From contig CAXXTH010000003.1 in assembly GCA_963668025.2 (NCBI GenBank), forward strand, positions 122,894 through 186,893: DNA of 64,000 nucleotides. Reading direction: 5' to 3'. The notes below the pieces were generated by a model. That model saw only the letters and a list, made by a program, of their open reading frames with translations. It was not told the DNA's origin and did no database searches. Origin of the DNA: Candidatus Hydrogenedentota bacterium. Its GTDB lineage: Bacteria > Hydrogenedentota > Hydrogenedentia > Hydrogenedentales > SLHB01. Made by a program: the position numbers and the translations under genes. This document shows, in pieces, positions 28,686 through 38,682 of this stretch (its first letter is position 1; each line of letters begins with the position of its first letter).

Positions 28686-31220
28686 ATGTTCGCGTGCATC
28701 CTAATTCTATCGATGGGGCTTCAAGTCGCGGCGGCGATTCTCTCTCTACGTCTGATCAAATTGACACATCGTAAAATTGCATGGTCACTCATTGCCATTG
28801 GTTTTATCGTAATGTCGTCGAGAAGAGTCTTATCTCTCTACGCCTACCTATGTGGACAATTCCGCCCTCTCGATTATCCCATGGACCTTTTGGGTTTGCT
28901 GATCTCCATTGTTATGCTGGCGGGCGTGATTCTGATTGGCCCCATTTTTCGGAGCATGAATGAAGCATACAAGCTTTTGGAAGAACGCGAAGTCAAGTAT
29001 CGGACGCTTCACGACGCCGCATTCGACGCATTACTGACTGTTTGTTACCCGTTAGGTCGTATTCTCGAAGCCAATAATGCCGCTGCGATTCTTCTCGGAC
29101 ACCTTAAATCCAGACTATTGGAAATGGCTTGCCAAGATATTACCGCACCGGAGGCATGGCCGGAACTGGAGGCGAAAGTACAAGAATATCTCACGCGAAA
29201 CAGCGCATTTGTAATAGACACTTGCTGGGTCAACGCCGATAAGGTGCGAATTCCGGTGTCTGTTTCAGGAAGGCTATGCGAACTGGAAGGCATTAAAGCG
29301 GTGCAGCTCGTGGGTCGCGATGTCACGGAGCAGCGGCGCTCGGCGGACGCCCTGCGGGAGAGTGAAGAACGCCTCCGCCTTTTGCTGGAAAGTGCGGATG
29401 ATATTATTCTCATGTTCGATTTGGATGGAAACATCCTCTATTTCAATGGCGCCAGCCGGTTCCATATCGGGCCATATCAAGGCCCTTCAACCGATCTACT
29501 CCCCGAGGTGTTTCGAGGGCGTGCCCAGGATCTCATGAAACAAGCAAAGCAAGTGGCTGAGACGGGCCAAGGCTATACGGAAGAAAATGAATTGTTTTGG
29601 GGTGGAGAACGTCTCTTTTTCCAAGGCACTCTATTCCCCATTCGAGATGCGAGTGGACGTGTGGCGCGGGTTGGAAGGATCTGCCGTAATGTCACCAAAT
29701 TGAAACGCCTGGAAGAACTCTATTCCCTCGCTCTAGCCAACAGCAAAGTGGGCGTATGGGAATGGGATATCGCCACGGATGTTTTTCAAATGTCGGACAA
29801 TTTCTTATCTTTGCTGGGATATGAGCAAAACGAAATTGGCGGCACGCTGGAAGGATGGTTCTCCCATATGCATCCTTCTGACGCAGACACCGTGCGAAAG
29901 GCCGTCAGAGAGCATGTGGAAGGCCGGACGCCAGACTTTAGTGTCACGCATCGCTTTTTGCATAAAGAGGGCTCTGTGTGTTGGATGCTATCCGTGGGGC
30001 GAACCGAACGGGGCGCATCAGGAAAGCCCGTACGCATGGTGGGCACCTGTACGGATATCACTGGGCAGAAAAACGCGGAAGAGGTCATGCGCAGCGCTTC
30101 CCTTTTTGAAGCGACGGCCACTCTGGCGGGCGGCATTGCGCATCGCTTCAATAATCTCATGGCGGTGGTGCTGGGAAACGCTTGCCTGCTTCGCGATGAT
30201 CTAGAAAGCCATCCGGCTTCCCAACACTCCTTGCGGGAGATCGAAGAAGCGGCGATCAATGCTGGCGATCTGGCCCGCCAAATGCTCGCCTTTGCCCGCC
30301 GTGGCAAATACCACCCTGCGGAACTAAACTTAAATGCATTGATTAAGCAAACGCTCCAGTTACATGAGTCCAAAATTCCTTCCCGAATCCAAATTATCGA
30401 AGATCTGGAAAAGGGGCTCTGGCATATCAAGGCGGACGCCACCCAAGTGGAACTGGTGATTTTAAATGTCATGATGAACGCCATCGAATCCATTGAGGCC
30501 GAGGGCTCCATTACGATACGAACCTATCATTTCATGTTTGCACATACGCCAAATCATGACCTTATCGACATACAAGAAGGGCCATATGTCATCATGACTA
30601 TATCGGACACCGGGTGCGGGATGCCCGCGGAGACCATTCGCCACATATATGAGCCGTTTTATTCAACAAAAGCGCCTGGGCGCGGTTTGGGCCTTGCGGC
30701 CGTTTTCGGCATCATGAAAAATCATGACGGGCATGTGGATATCCATAGCGAACCCGGTGCGGGTTCGAGAGCCACACTCTATTTTCCCGCTATTAACCAG
30801 CTTCCCGTGGAGCAGAATGGCCATGAAACGGCTGCTTTGCCTCACGGCTCGGAAACCATACTCATTGTGGATGATCAAGCCATGATCCTAGCCGCGACGC
30901 GAATGCTGTTTGAACGCCTCGGGTATTCCGTACTGACCGCCAAACATGGCCGGGAAGCAATCGAGACCGCCTGGCGCAAAGGCCCTGATATCCAACTGGT
31001 TATTTTAGATATGATTATGCCCGAGATGGGCGGCTGCGAAGCGTTTCCTCATTTGCGCAAAGCGTGTCCTTCCGCCAAAATCCTCCTCCTGTCGGGATAT
31101 GAGTTCGATGAATCCGCACAAAGCCTCCTAGACCAAGGGGCTATCGAGTTTATACAGAAGCCGGTGCCTGGCGCTGTCTTGGCCCGGACTGTCCGCCGCG
31201 TTCTGGATACGGTGCAATAA
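28686..31220 (+). CDS. Membrane hybrid sensor histidine kinase (3 TM, PAS x3, HisKA, HATPase, REC)
   Basis: LAGGIAHRFNNL, NVMMNA, DTGCGM, GRGLGLA; C-terminal ILIVDD..LDMIMPEMGG..KP. Confidence 0.92.
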   Translation: MFACILILSMGLQVAAAILSLRLIKLTHRKIAWSLIAIGFIVMSSRRVLSLYAYLCGQFRPLDYPMDLLGLLISIVMLAGVILIGPIFRSMNEAYKLLEEREVKYRTLHDAAFDALLTVCYPLGRILEANNAAAILLGHLKSRLLEMACQDITAPEAWPELEAKVQEYLTRNSAFVIDTCWVNADKVRIPVSVSGRLCELEGIKAVQLVGRDVTEQRRSADALRESEERLRLLLESADDIILMFDLDGNILYFNGASRFHIGPYQGPSTDLLPEVFRGRAQDLMKQAKQVAETGQGYTEENELFWGGERLFFQGTLFPIRDASGRVARVGRICRNVTKLKRLEELYSLALANSKVGVWEWDIATDVFQMSDNFLSLLGYEQNEIGGTLEGWFSHMHPSDADTVRKAVREHVEGRTPDFSVTHRFLHKEGSVCWMLSVGRTERGASGKPVRMVGTCTDITGQKNAEEVMRSASLFEATATLAGGIAHRFNNLMAVVLGNACLLRDDLESHPASQHSLREIEEAAINAGDLARQMLAFARRGKYHPAELNLNALIKQTLQLHESKIPSRIQIIEDLEKGLWHIKADATQVELVILNVMMNAIESIEAEGSITIRTYHFMFAHTPNHDLIDIQEGPYVIMTISDTGCGMPAETIRHIYEPFYSTKAPGRGLGLAAVFGIMKNHDGHVDIHSEPGAGSRATLYFPAINQLPVEQNGHETAALPHGSETILIVDDQAMILAATRMLFERLGYSVLTAKHGREAIETAWRKGPDIQLVILDMIMPEMGGCEAFPHLRKACPSAKILLLSGYEFDESAQSLLDQGAIEFIQKPVPGAVLARTVRRVLDTVQ

Positions 31221-31339
31221 CGCTCGAATTGACTTGTTTGAACGGCCACCCGTATCATACGGCCTCTAGTGGGTTTCTGCAGAGCCGCAAGCGGCCGTAT
31301 GTCGGCTATGCTTCTTCCTGCGGCGGACAGCGTGGGGTC

Positions 31340-32098
31340 ATGGGAATAATCATCGCAATTGCCAATCAAAAAGGCGGCGTGGGCAAGACCACAACCGCCG
31401 TCAATTTGAGCGCCTGCATGGCTGCGGCGGGGCGGCGTGTCTTGATCGTCGATTTCGATCCGCAAGGCAACGCCACCAGCGGCCTTGGCGTGGAAAAGGC
31501 GAAACTGGCGCAGACGATTTATGATGTGCTTGTGGACGATGTGCCTATTCACGATATTGTGCAGCCCACGGCCGTGGACCGCATGTTCATTGCCCCCGCC
31601 GACCGCAATCTGGTGGGGGCGGAAATTGAGCTGGTGGAAATGGAAGATCGGGAGCACCGCCTTAGAGTGGCGCTCGAGGCCGTGCGTAGCGAATATGACT
31701 ATGTTTTTATCGATTGCCCTCCCGCGCTCAATCTGCTGACAGTGAATGCCCTCGCGGCGGCGGATGGCGTCTTGGTGACGCTCCAATGCGAGTATTTCGC
31801 CCTCGAGGGGCTCAGTGAATTGCTTGGCACTATCGCCCGCGTGCGTGAATCGCTCAATCCAAAACTCGAAGTGCAAGGTGTTCTATTGACGATGTATCAA
31901 CACACCAATTTATCCAGCCAAGTCATTGAAGATGTGCGCACTCATCTGGGAGAAAAAGTGTATCAGACAATTATTCCTCGGAATATTACACTGGCGGAAG
32001 CGCCGAGTTTTGGCCTGCCCATCATTTTTTACGACCTCAAATCCGCGGGCGCTAAGGCCTATCTCGCCCTGGCGCGGGAGGTAGTGTCCCGTGGCTAA
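31340..32098 (+). CDS. parA: Chromosome partitioning ATPase ParA/Soj
   Basis: ANQKGGVGKTTT, DFDPQGNATSG, IDCPP, QCEYFALEGL, LAEAPSFG. Confidence 0.95.
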   Translation: MGIIIAIANQKGGVGKTTTAVNLSACMAAAGRRVLIVDFDPQGNATSGLGVEKAKLAQTIYDVLVDDVPIHDIVQPTAVDRMFIAPADRNLVGAEIELVEMEDREHRLRVALEAVRSEYDYVFIDCPPALNLLTVNALAAADGVLVTLQCEYFALEGLSELLGTIARVRESLNPKLEVQGVLLTMYQHTNLSSQVIEDVRTHLGEKVYQTIIPRNITLAEAPSFGLPIIFYDLKSAGAKAYLALAREVVSRG

Positions 32099-32987
32099 TC
32101 TTAAAAAACGAGGTTTGGGCAAAGGCCTTGACGCATTGTTATCCGGCCGGCCTCCAATTCCCGCGGCTGTTTCCAGCACGCCGCCGCCCCTGTCCTCCGA
32201 TGAGCCTGTCGCGGAAGGCGACCGGGTGCTGCATCTTGATCCGCGCCTCATCGAACCAAATCCTAAACAGCCGCGTTCCGTATTCAACGAGGAAGCCCTG
32301 GATGAACTCGCCGAATCCATCCGGCAGGAAGGCGTGCAAGAGCCCATTATTGTGCGCCGCCGGGGGGAGATATACGAACTCGTCAGCGGCGAACGCCGCG
32401 TGCGTGCAAGCATCATGGCCGACCAGGAAACCGTTCCGGCTATTTGCCGCGAAGTGTCCGATACCGATATGCTCCGCCTTGGGCTTATCGAGAATATCCA
32501 GCGTGAAGACCTAAATGCTATCGAACTCGCCCAAGCTTACCAGAAACTCATTGAAGAATTCGGCTGGACGCAAGAAGAGTTGGCCGATCATGTCGGAAAG
32601 AAGCGGGCGACGGTTGCGAATATGCTGCGGCTGCTGCATCTCCCCGATGAGGTGCAGCGCGATGTAGCGGAAGGTAAAATCAGCATGGGCCATGCCCGCG
32701 CTCTTCTGGCCATCGATGACCCAAAAGCGCTGCAAGCCGCATGCAGGAAAGTCATCATTCAAGGATTAAGCGTCCGGCAAACCGAGCAGCTATCCGCACC
32801 GCCTAATCCGGCAAAGCCCAAACCACATAAAGATCCCGATATCGCAGGCCTTGAAGATGAATTACGCCGCGCATTAGGCACGCGCGTCTCCGTCCATCCC
32901 AGCGGAAAATCGAAAGGCCGCATCGAGATCGAGTATTACAACCTCGATGATCTGGAGCGCATCCTGGATATCGTGCGGCGCAAATGA
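32091..32987 (+). CDS. parB: Chromosome partitioning protein ParB/Spo0J
   Basis: RGLGKGLDALL, PNPKQPR, SGERRVRA, LIENIQREDLN, HTH, GHARALL. Confidence 0.95.
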   Translation: MANLKKRGLGKGLDALLSGRPPIPAAVSSTPPPLSSDEPVAEGDRVLHLDPRLIEPNPKQPRSVFNEEALDELAESIRQEGVQEPIIVRRRGEIYELVSGERRVRASIMADQETVPAICREVSDTDMLRLGLIENIQREDLNAIELAQAYQKLIEEFGWTQEELADHVGKKRATVANMLRLLHLPDEVQRDVAEGKISMGHARALLAIDDPKALQAACRKVIIQGLSVRQTEQLSAPPNPAKPKPHKDPDIAGLEDELRRALGTRVSVHPSGKSKGRIEIEYYNLDDLERILDIVRRK

Positions 32988-33073
32988 TACGGGGCAAATG
33001 AACGCGCCACCGTTTTTTATCTATGCATGAAGAAGTGTGATATCAAGATACGTGATGTAAAGGAATCAGTTCC

Positions 33074-34345
33074 ATGCTCGACATTAAAATCCTTCGCGAA
33101 ACACCGGAAATCCTCCTCGACGCCCTCAAAAAACGGGGCGCGAAGATTGATCTGGAGCCTGTTTTGTCGCTAGACCGGTCCCGGCGCGAATTGCTGTATG
33201 ATTGTGAACAGCTTCGCGCGGAACAGAACCGGGTTTCGGAAGAAATCGCCCTCAAGAAAAAAGCGAAAGAGGACGCTTCGGAAGCTATCGAAGCGATGCG
33301 GCTCGTCCGCGATAAGATCAAAGCAATGGAAGATCCGATTCGTGAGCTCGACCAACGCTTGCGCGACGCCATGCTTGTGATCCCCAATATCCCTAACGAA
33401 AGCGTGCCGGTCGGGCCCGATGACTCGGCTAACCAAGTAGTGCGCACCTGGGGGGAGCCGCGCACATTCGATTTTGAGCCAAAAGACCATGTGGACATTG
33501 GCGCGAACCTGGGCATACTCGATTTGGAATGCGCCGCAAAACTCTCCGGGGCCCGCTTCAGCCTGCTGCGCGGTTCGGGGGCGCACCTCGAGCGGGCGCT
33601 TGTCAATTTCTTTCTTGATACGCACACCCGCGAACACGGGTATACGGAAATTCTACCCCCATTCATGGTATCCGCCGCCAGCATGGAAGGCTCGGGACAG
33701 CTTCCGAAATTTGCTTCCGAGGCGTTCACCGTGGAAGGGCGTGACCTCTGGCTCGTGCCTACCGCGGAAGTGCCGTTGACCAATATGTTCCGCGATGACA
33801 CGATAGAAGAATCGGCATTGCCGCTTGCATTCGCGGCTTATACCCCTTGCTTCCGTAGCGAGGCCGGCTCTTATGGCAAAGACACGCGCGGCATGTTCCG
33901 CCTACACCAGTTTAACAAGGTCGAGTTGTACAAATTCACCACGCCCGGGCAATCATGGGAGGAACTGGAAAAACTGACCCATGACGCCGAGCATATTTTA
34001 CAATTGCTGGGGCTGCCATACCGCACCATCTGTTTGTCCACGGGCGACATGGGTTTTTCATCGGCAAAAACCTATGACTTGGAAGTCTGGCTGCCTGGGC
34101 AAAATACCTATCGGGAGATCAGTTCCTGCTCCAATTGCACCGACTTTCAAGCCCGCCGTGCGAATATCCGGTTCAAACATAACAAAAAACCGGAGTTCGT
34201 GCATACGCTGAACGGTTCCGGCCTGGCCGTGGGGCGCACGCTCATCGCGGTGCTCGAGAACTATCAGCAGGCGGATGGAACCGTGATTATCCCAGAAGTA
34301 TTACAGCCTTATATGGGCGGGCAGACGCACATAACAGGGTTATGA
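33074..34345 (+). CDS. serS: Serine--tRNA ligase
   Basis: MLDIK, coiled-coil arm, [58 protein letters not shown]. Confidence 0.97.
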   Translation: MLDIKILRETPEILLDALKKRGAKIDLEPVLSLDRSRRELLYDCEQLRAEQNRVSEEIALKKKAKEDASEAIEAMRLVRDKIKAMEDPIRELDQRLRDAMLVIPNIPNESVPVGPDDSANQVVRTWGEPRTFDFEPKDHVDIGANLGILDLECAAKLSGARFSLLRGSGAHLERALVNFFLDTHTREHGYTEILPPFMVSAASMEGSGQLPKFASEAFTVEGRDLWLVPTAEVPLTNMFRDDTIEESALPLAFAAYTPCFRSEAGSYGKDTRGMFRLHQFNKVELYKFTTPGQSWEELEKLTHDAEHILQLLGLPYRTICLSTGDMGFSSAKTYDLEVWLPGQNTYREISSCSNCTDFQARRANIRFKHNKKPEFVHTLNGSGLAVGRTLIAVLENYQQADGTVIIPEVLQPYMGGQTHITGL

Positions 34346-34363
34346 TACGCGGAAACGAGTAGA

Positions 34364-34392
34364 AGGCAGGCCGGGCAGGCCTGCCTGTTTTT
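34364..34392 (+). terminator. Rho-independent terminator after serS
   Basis: AGGCAGGCC-GGGCA-GGCCTGCCT followed by GTTTTT. Confidence 0.7.
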
Positions 34393-34567
34393 ATTCTTAT
34401 TCCATGCGGAATATACTGAATTTGCGGATTGGCCTATGATATAATTCTTTCAAGGCAGGCCTATGTGGCTAAGGCGGATCCGGGAATGCGCCGGAATTCC
34501 GCCATGTTAAGTTATAGGTTGAAAGTATATACGCGTCCAATCTGAGCGTGACATGGGGAAATGCGGC

Positions 34568-35377
34568 ATGCAAAATGAAGACCTGATTTCGGCGGAAGCC
34601 ATCCAGGCCGATCAATTAGCGGAACAAGCCACGCAAGAAGGAGATTTTGACAGGGCCATCGAGATCTATAAAGATGCGCTAAATGAAGCGCGCATCAACG
34701 AAGATGTGGCAAGTGCGGGCTTTTTATTCCGGCTGATGATGGCGACGACCGCGCATAAAGAGATAATCAAACATAACTATGACAGCGCCATACGGGTATA
34801 TGAAATCGCTATCGGAACGGCGGTGCGGCTTCAAGATAAAAAATCGGCGGGCTTTTTCTTCCGCGAGCTTGTAGATACGCGTGCGGAGCTTCATTTATGG
34901 CATCGCCGTTTTTCCAGCGCGAAGGAAGTATACCGCAAGGGCATGAGCGATGCGGAGCGCATGGGCGATGCGGAATCCATCGCGTATTGCCAATGGCAAA
35001 TGACGAATCTATACATTGAATTTCCAAGCATGACCACGGGCAATCACGCGGTAAGCCTCATCAACAAGACGATCAGCATGTATGATACGCAATTGGGGGA
35101 TCACCATAAAACTATGCAGGTTGCCGCGGATATGTGCAGCACGTGCGCCCATGCCGGCAATGAACAAGGTATTAAGGTGTGTTCGGATACGGTAGAACAG
35201 ATTAAAAAACGCATCGAGGCCAGCCCTGCATTACATGCGGCTCCAGAGCAGCCTACGCTGGAGCGGCCTCGCCTGAAAATTGCAAATCGGACGCCTATGT
35301 CTCCTCCCACACCTCAACGGGAGTCCGGAAGCGGAATGCATATTGGCGAGGATGTGCGCAAACGGCGTGATCGGTAG
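34568..35377 (+). CDS. TPR-like helical repeat protein
   Basis: Three ~45-aa repeats (FDRAIEIY / YDSAIRVY / FSSAKEVY, the first two followed by SAGFxFR). Confidence 0.7.
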   Translation: MQNEDLISAEAIQADQLAEQATQEGDFDRAIEIYKDALNEARINEDVASAGFLFRLMMATTAHKEIIKHNYDSAIRVYEIAIGTAVRLQDKKSAGFFFRELVDTRAELHLWHRRFSSAKEVYRKGMSDAERMGDAESIAYCQWQMTNLYIEFPSMTTGNHAVSLINKTISMYDTQLGDHHKTMQVAADMCSTCAHAGNEQGIKVCSDTVEQIKKRIEASPALHAAPEQPTLERPRLKIANRTPMSPPTPQRESGSGMHIGEDVRKRRDR

Positions 35378-35493
35378 GTGGTGTTCAGCAAGGGGAGAAT
35401 GAATTCCTAGAAATGCGCACGAAACAAAGCAAAGCGGCAAGCGCTATCGCAATTTGGGGGGCCAGATGACTTTTATCTGGTCTAGTGAATTAT

Positions 35494-37569
35494 ATGTCTA
35501 AAGAAACGCTATCAGAGCTGCTTGACAAGATACGCAGGCTGGGTGCAGGGCAAGTTTTAGAGCTTACCCTGGAAGGCGCGAGGCTTCTTGCTGAGTTTCT
35601 AAAGAAATGCCAGGAACGGTTAGCCAGTCTTCCGGAAGCAAGCCTCCAGCTTGTCGAAAAAGTAAAGCATGTGCTTTTTTACTGGCGGGAACGCCAACAA
35701 ACGAGCGAGCCAGCCAAGCCGCCTCAGTCAAATGCGGAATCCAGCAGGGCGGAAAGCTTGCCGCAAAAAAAACAAGCCATGCCAAATCCGCCTTCTCCTC
35801 CATCCTCTGGGATAACGCCTTCTTACCGGAACCGTAGTTCCGATACAGACGACGAGAAAGGAGAACTCTCCGTGAGCGATGAACCTATATCGTGGGAACA
35901 AGCTCCTAACGGCGGGGAATCCATCGGTGGGAGGCCATCATGGGGAGCCGTGGATGCGGAAACGTTTTTCGAGCGCAAGCCCAAGCAGATTATTCATGTC
36001 CTTGGGGGAATCCCCGTGGATCTCACGGTGCGTGTCTATGAGGTGGAAGGCCATATCACGATAAAAGGCGATATTCCTGATGATGCGCTCGTGCTGGCGA
36101 AACGCGGGTGCGTGACCGTCGAAGGCTATGCGCTAGGCCATATTCTGGCATCAGGAGATATTTCGGTCAAACAGAATGTTCAAGGGGTGTGGCTGATATC
36201 TGTCCGGGGCGATGTCCGGGTGCGCAATGTGCTGCGAGGCGCAAAACTCGTGGCCCAAATGGGGCGCGTGCAATGCGCGGCCGTGGAATCGCCCGATTTA
36301 TTATATGGGCGGTTAGGAGTGTCCGTGGAGGGAGAAGCCCGGGGCGGCATATTGAAAGGGCGCTCCATCTCGATTGGCGGTTCAGCAATTGGCGTGGAAA
36401 TCCATGCCGTGGCGTCCGTCCGTTCGGAACGCTTCATGCTGGGGCCAGGCGGCTCGAGCACGGTATATTTGTGCAAGGCATTGACAAGCGAGGCGTATGG
36501 GCGTCCTATCAGCGGTGAGGCGTTGAAGCTCAAACTAGCCATCACCCGGGACAGGCTTCGCCTGGTCAGCCTGACAAAATCGGAAATGCGTGCAAGCACA
36601 GACGTTCATAATTGCACTCGAACTATGCTGTACTATATGCTTGTAGGCGCTGAGACCATGCAATATGTCCGCGAATTGCGCGGCGCGCAGACCCAGCTTA
36701 TTTTTTTAGAGCAAATCATGGATTTAGCGCTTAGCCTTTCCTCCCAATTGAATGAAGCCGCGACGAATCCCACGGAAGAACAGATTAGAACAGCCCAAAT
36801 AGCCGTGGAAGAGGCCGTGGACAACGCCAAGAGCCTTTCCGACAGCATTGGGTGGATTCCGCAGGAGTTCCGGCTGTATTGCGAAGCGGTTCTTTCCATT
36901 GCGGTGCGGCAGCTTACAACCATTCTCGAACGGGTTTCATACGCAGCTTCCACGGCGCAGCGCGCGTTTCGGGAATCGCAGCCGCTAGAAGAGCATATCA
37001 CGGCGTTTGGGAAATGCGCGGAAGTCCTGGAACAGCAAGTCTTGGTATGGAAAGAAAAGAACGATGAAGCGCTAAAAGGAAAGCTAGTATTGCTTCAGCG
37101 CCTCTCTCTAGATAGTGCGCTGATGGAGCGCATTGAAAACAATGGCAGCGGCCTGGAAGAAATGCTCGAGCTTGTGCTTGCCCAGGCCCGGCGCAAACAC
37201 AACAGCAAACAAGCAGAACGCGCCAATTCCGCGTTTATCCGGCTCATGCAATCAGCCATTGAACGCCACACGCGGGATACGCAGCGCATGCGCCGGGAAA
37301 TGACGGCGATAGAGAACCATATCCGGGAAATCCAAAGCGAGCTTAACCGCGAACCCTCTATTTTGCTGGTTGATCCGGATGGCGAGCTCCCCTACATAGA
37401 AAGCCGTTTCTTCGAAAAAGGAATTGTGCTCAGCACTGCTCCCGGAGAAAGGGAGCCTGCCGCGCCAGATGAAGCGCCCATCATTTGCGTTGCGTATGAT
37501 GTGCGCAATCCGGCGCGTTTTTCCTTGCAGGGAACCATTCTGCGAGGAGCGCCGATTGATTCTGCTTAA
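35494..37569 (+). CDS. Hypothetical protein with a FapA/DUF342-like beta-solenoid and long coiled coil
   Basis: Repeating xGxIxVxGx strands (VEGHITIKGDI, ASGDISVKQNV, VRGDVRVRNV) followed by an alpha-helical coiled region. Confidence 0.6.
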   Translation: MSKETLSELLDKIRRLGAGQVLELTLEGARLLAEFLKKCQERLASLPEASLQLVEKVKHVLFYWRERQQTSEPAKPPQSNAESSRAESLPQKKQAMPNPPSPPSSGITPSYRNRSSDTDDEKGELSVSDEPISWEQAPNGGESIGGRPSWGAVDAETFFERKPKQIIHVLGGIPVDLTVRVYEVEGHITIKGDIPDDALVLAKRGCVTVEGYALGHILASGDISVKQNVQGVWLISVRGDVRVRNVLRGAKLVAQMGRVQCAAVESPDLLYGRLGVSVEGEARGGILKGRSISIGGSAIGVEIHAVASVRSERFMLGPGGSSTVYLCKALTSEAYGRPISGEALKLKLAITRDRLRLVSLTKSEMRASTDVHNCTRTMLYYMLVGAETMQYVRELRGAQTQLIFLEQIMDLALSLSSQLNEAATNPTEEQIRTAQIAVEEAVDNAKSLSDSIGWIPQEFRLYCEAVLSIAVRQLTTILERVSYAASTAQRAFRESQPLEEHITAFGKCAEVLEQQVLVWKEKNDEALKGKLVLLQRLSLDSALMERIENNGSGLEEMLELVLAQARRKHNSKQAERANSAFIRLMQSAIERHTRDTQRMRREMTAIENHIREIQSELNREPSILLVDPDGELPYIESRFFEKGIVLSTAPGEREPAAPDEAPIICVAYDVRNPARFSLQGTILRGAPIDSA

Positions 37570-37675
37570 AGAAAAACTAAAAATAGGTTTGATCCAGAAT
37601 TGCTGGCCCCGTATACTCCCTTCTGTTTGCTATATGGCGTGCCGTTTTTAATAAACTGATGCGAAGGGCGGATAC

Positions 37676-38644
37676 ATGAGAGTACTGGTGACTGGCGGAG
37701 CGGGCTTTATCGGCTCACATTTGTGTGAATTCTTGGTGGCCCAAGGACAGGAAGTGTTCGTTCTCGACGACCTGAGCACGGGCTCTTACGAAAATATCGA
37801 ACATATCAAAGGCATCACCTGTGTAGTAGACTCCACATTGAACCAGGATATTGTGCGCGACATGGTGCGCGAGGTACAGGCGGTTTATCATCTTGCCGCC
37901 ACTGTCGGCGTCCAACTGGTGGTTTCAGAGCCTATTCGAACCATCATCAACAATACGCGCGGCACGGAAACCGTACTCGAAGAAACGTGCCGGTATCGCA
38001 GGCCGCTGTTGATAACCTCGACCAGCGAAGTGTATGGCAAAGGCGTGAATAGCGTCTTCAAGGAAACGGATGACCGCCTCATGGGGCCCACCTGCTTGAC
38101 CCGCTGGGGATATGCAGCGTCAAAGGCAATTGATGAGTTTCTCGCATTGGCGTATTGGCATGAAAAGCGGCATCCGGTCGTTATCGTGCGTTTATTCAAT
38201 ATTGTAGGCCCAAGACAGACCGGGCGGTATGGAATGGTGATTCCCCGGTTCGTGCGCCAAGCAATGCGGGGCGAGCCGCTTACGATATTTGGTTCCGGGC
38301 AGCAAACGCGATGCTTCACCTATGTGGGCGATATCGTTCCTGCCCTTGCGGCGCTCATTGGGCGTCGTGAATTCTGCGGGGAAGTGTTTAATTTAGGAAG
38401 CCCGGAAAGCGTGGCCATTGAAGCCCTCGCCAAGCTCGTTATCGAGCGGACGAAAAGCTCTTCCGGCACCCAGTTTATCCCCTATGAAGAAGCTTATGGG
38501 CCAGGGTATGAAGACATGCTTCATCGCGCGCCTTCCATCGAGAAGATTCAAAAGGCTATCGGGTATACCCCCAAAACCTCGCTCGAAGAGACCCTTGACG
38601 CCGTTATCGCGGATACGCAGAAACGCCTGGACAACGGCGGATGA
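37676..38644 (+). CDS. NAD-dependent nucleotide-sugar epimerase/dehydratase (extended SDR)
   Basis: VTGGAGFIGSH, HLAA, TSTSEVYG, YAASK, RLFNIVGPRQ, QTRCFTYVGD. Confidence 0.92.
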   Translation: MRVLVTGGAGFIGSHLCEFLVAQGQEVFVLDDLSTGSYENIEHIKGITCVVDSTLNQDIVRDMVREVQAVYHLAATVGVQLVVSEPIRTIINNTRGTETVLEETCRYRRPLLITSTSEVYGKGVNSVFKETDDRLMGPTCLTRWGYAASKAIDEFLALAYWHEKRHPVVIVRLFNIVGPRQTGRYGMVIPRFVRQAMRGEPLTIFGSGQQTRCFTYVGDIVPALAALIGRREFCGEVFNLGSPESVAIEALAKLVIERTKSSSGTQFIPYEEAYGPGYEDMLHRAPSIEKIQKAIGYTPKTSLEETLDAVIADTQKRLDNGG

Positions 38645-38682
38645 GGTTGCATGCGGGCAAATAACACCCGCGCGTCGGCGGG

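Noticed and set aside
30125-30160. Unusual H-box HRFNN in the hybrid kinase
   Set aside because: The phospho-accepting His and the ATP-binding boxes are intact; a single substitution is not enough to claim altered function.
28380-33070. oriC or parS sites near parAB
   Set aside because: I found no TGTTTCACGTGAAACA-like palindrome or cluster of TTATCCACA boxes by eye.
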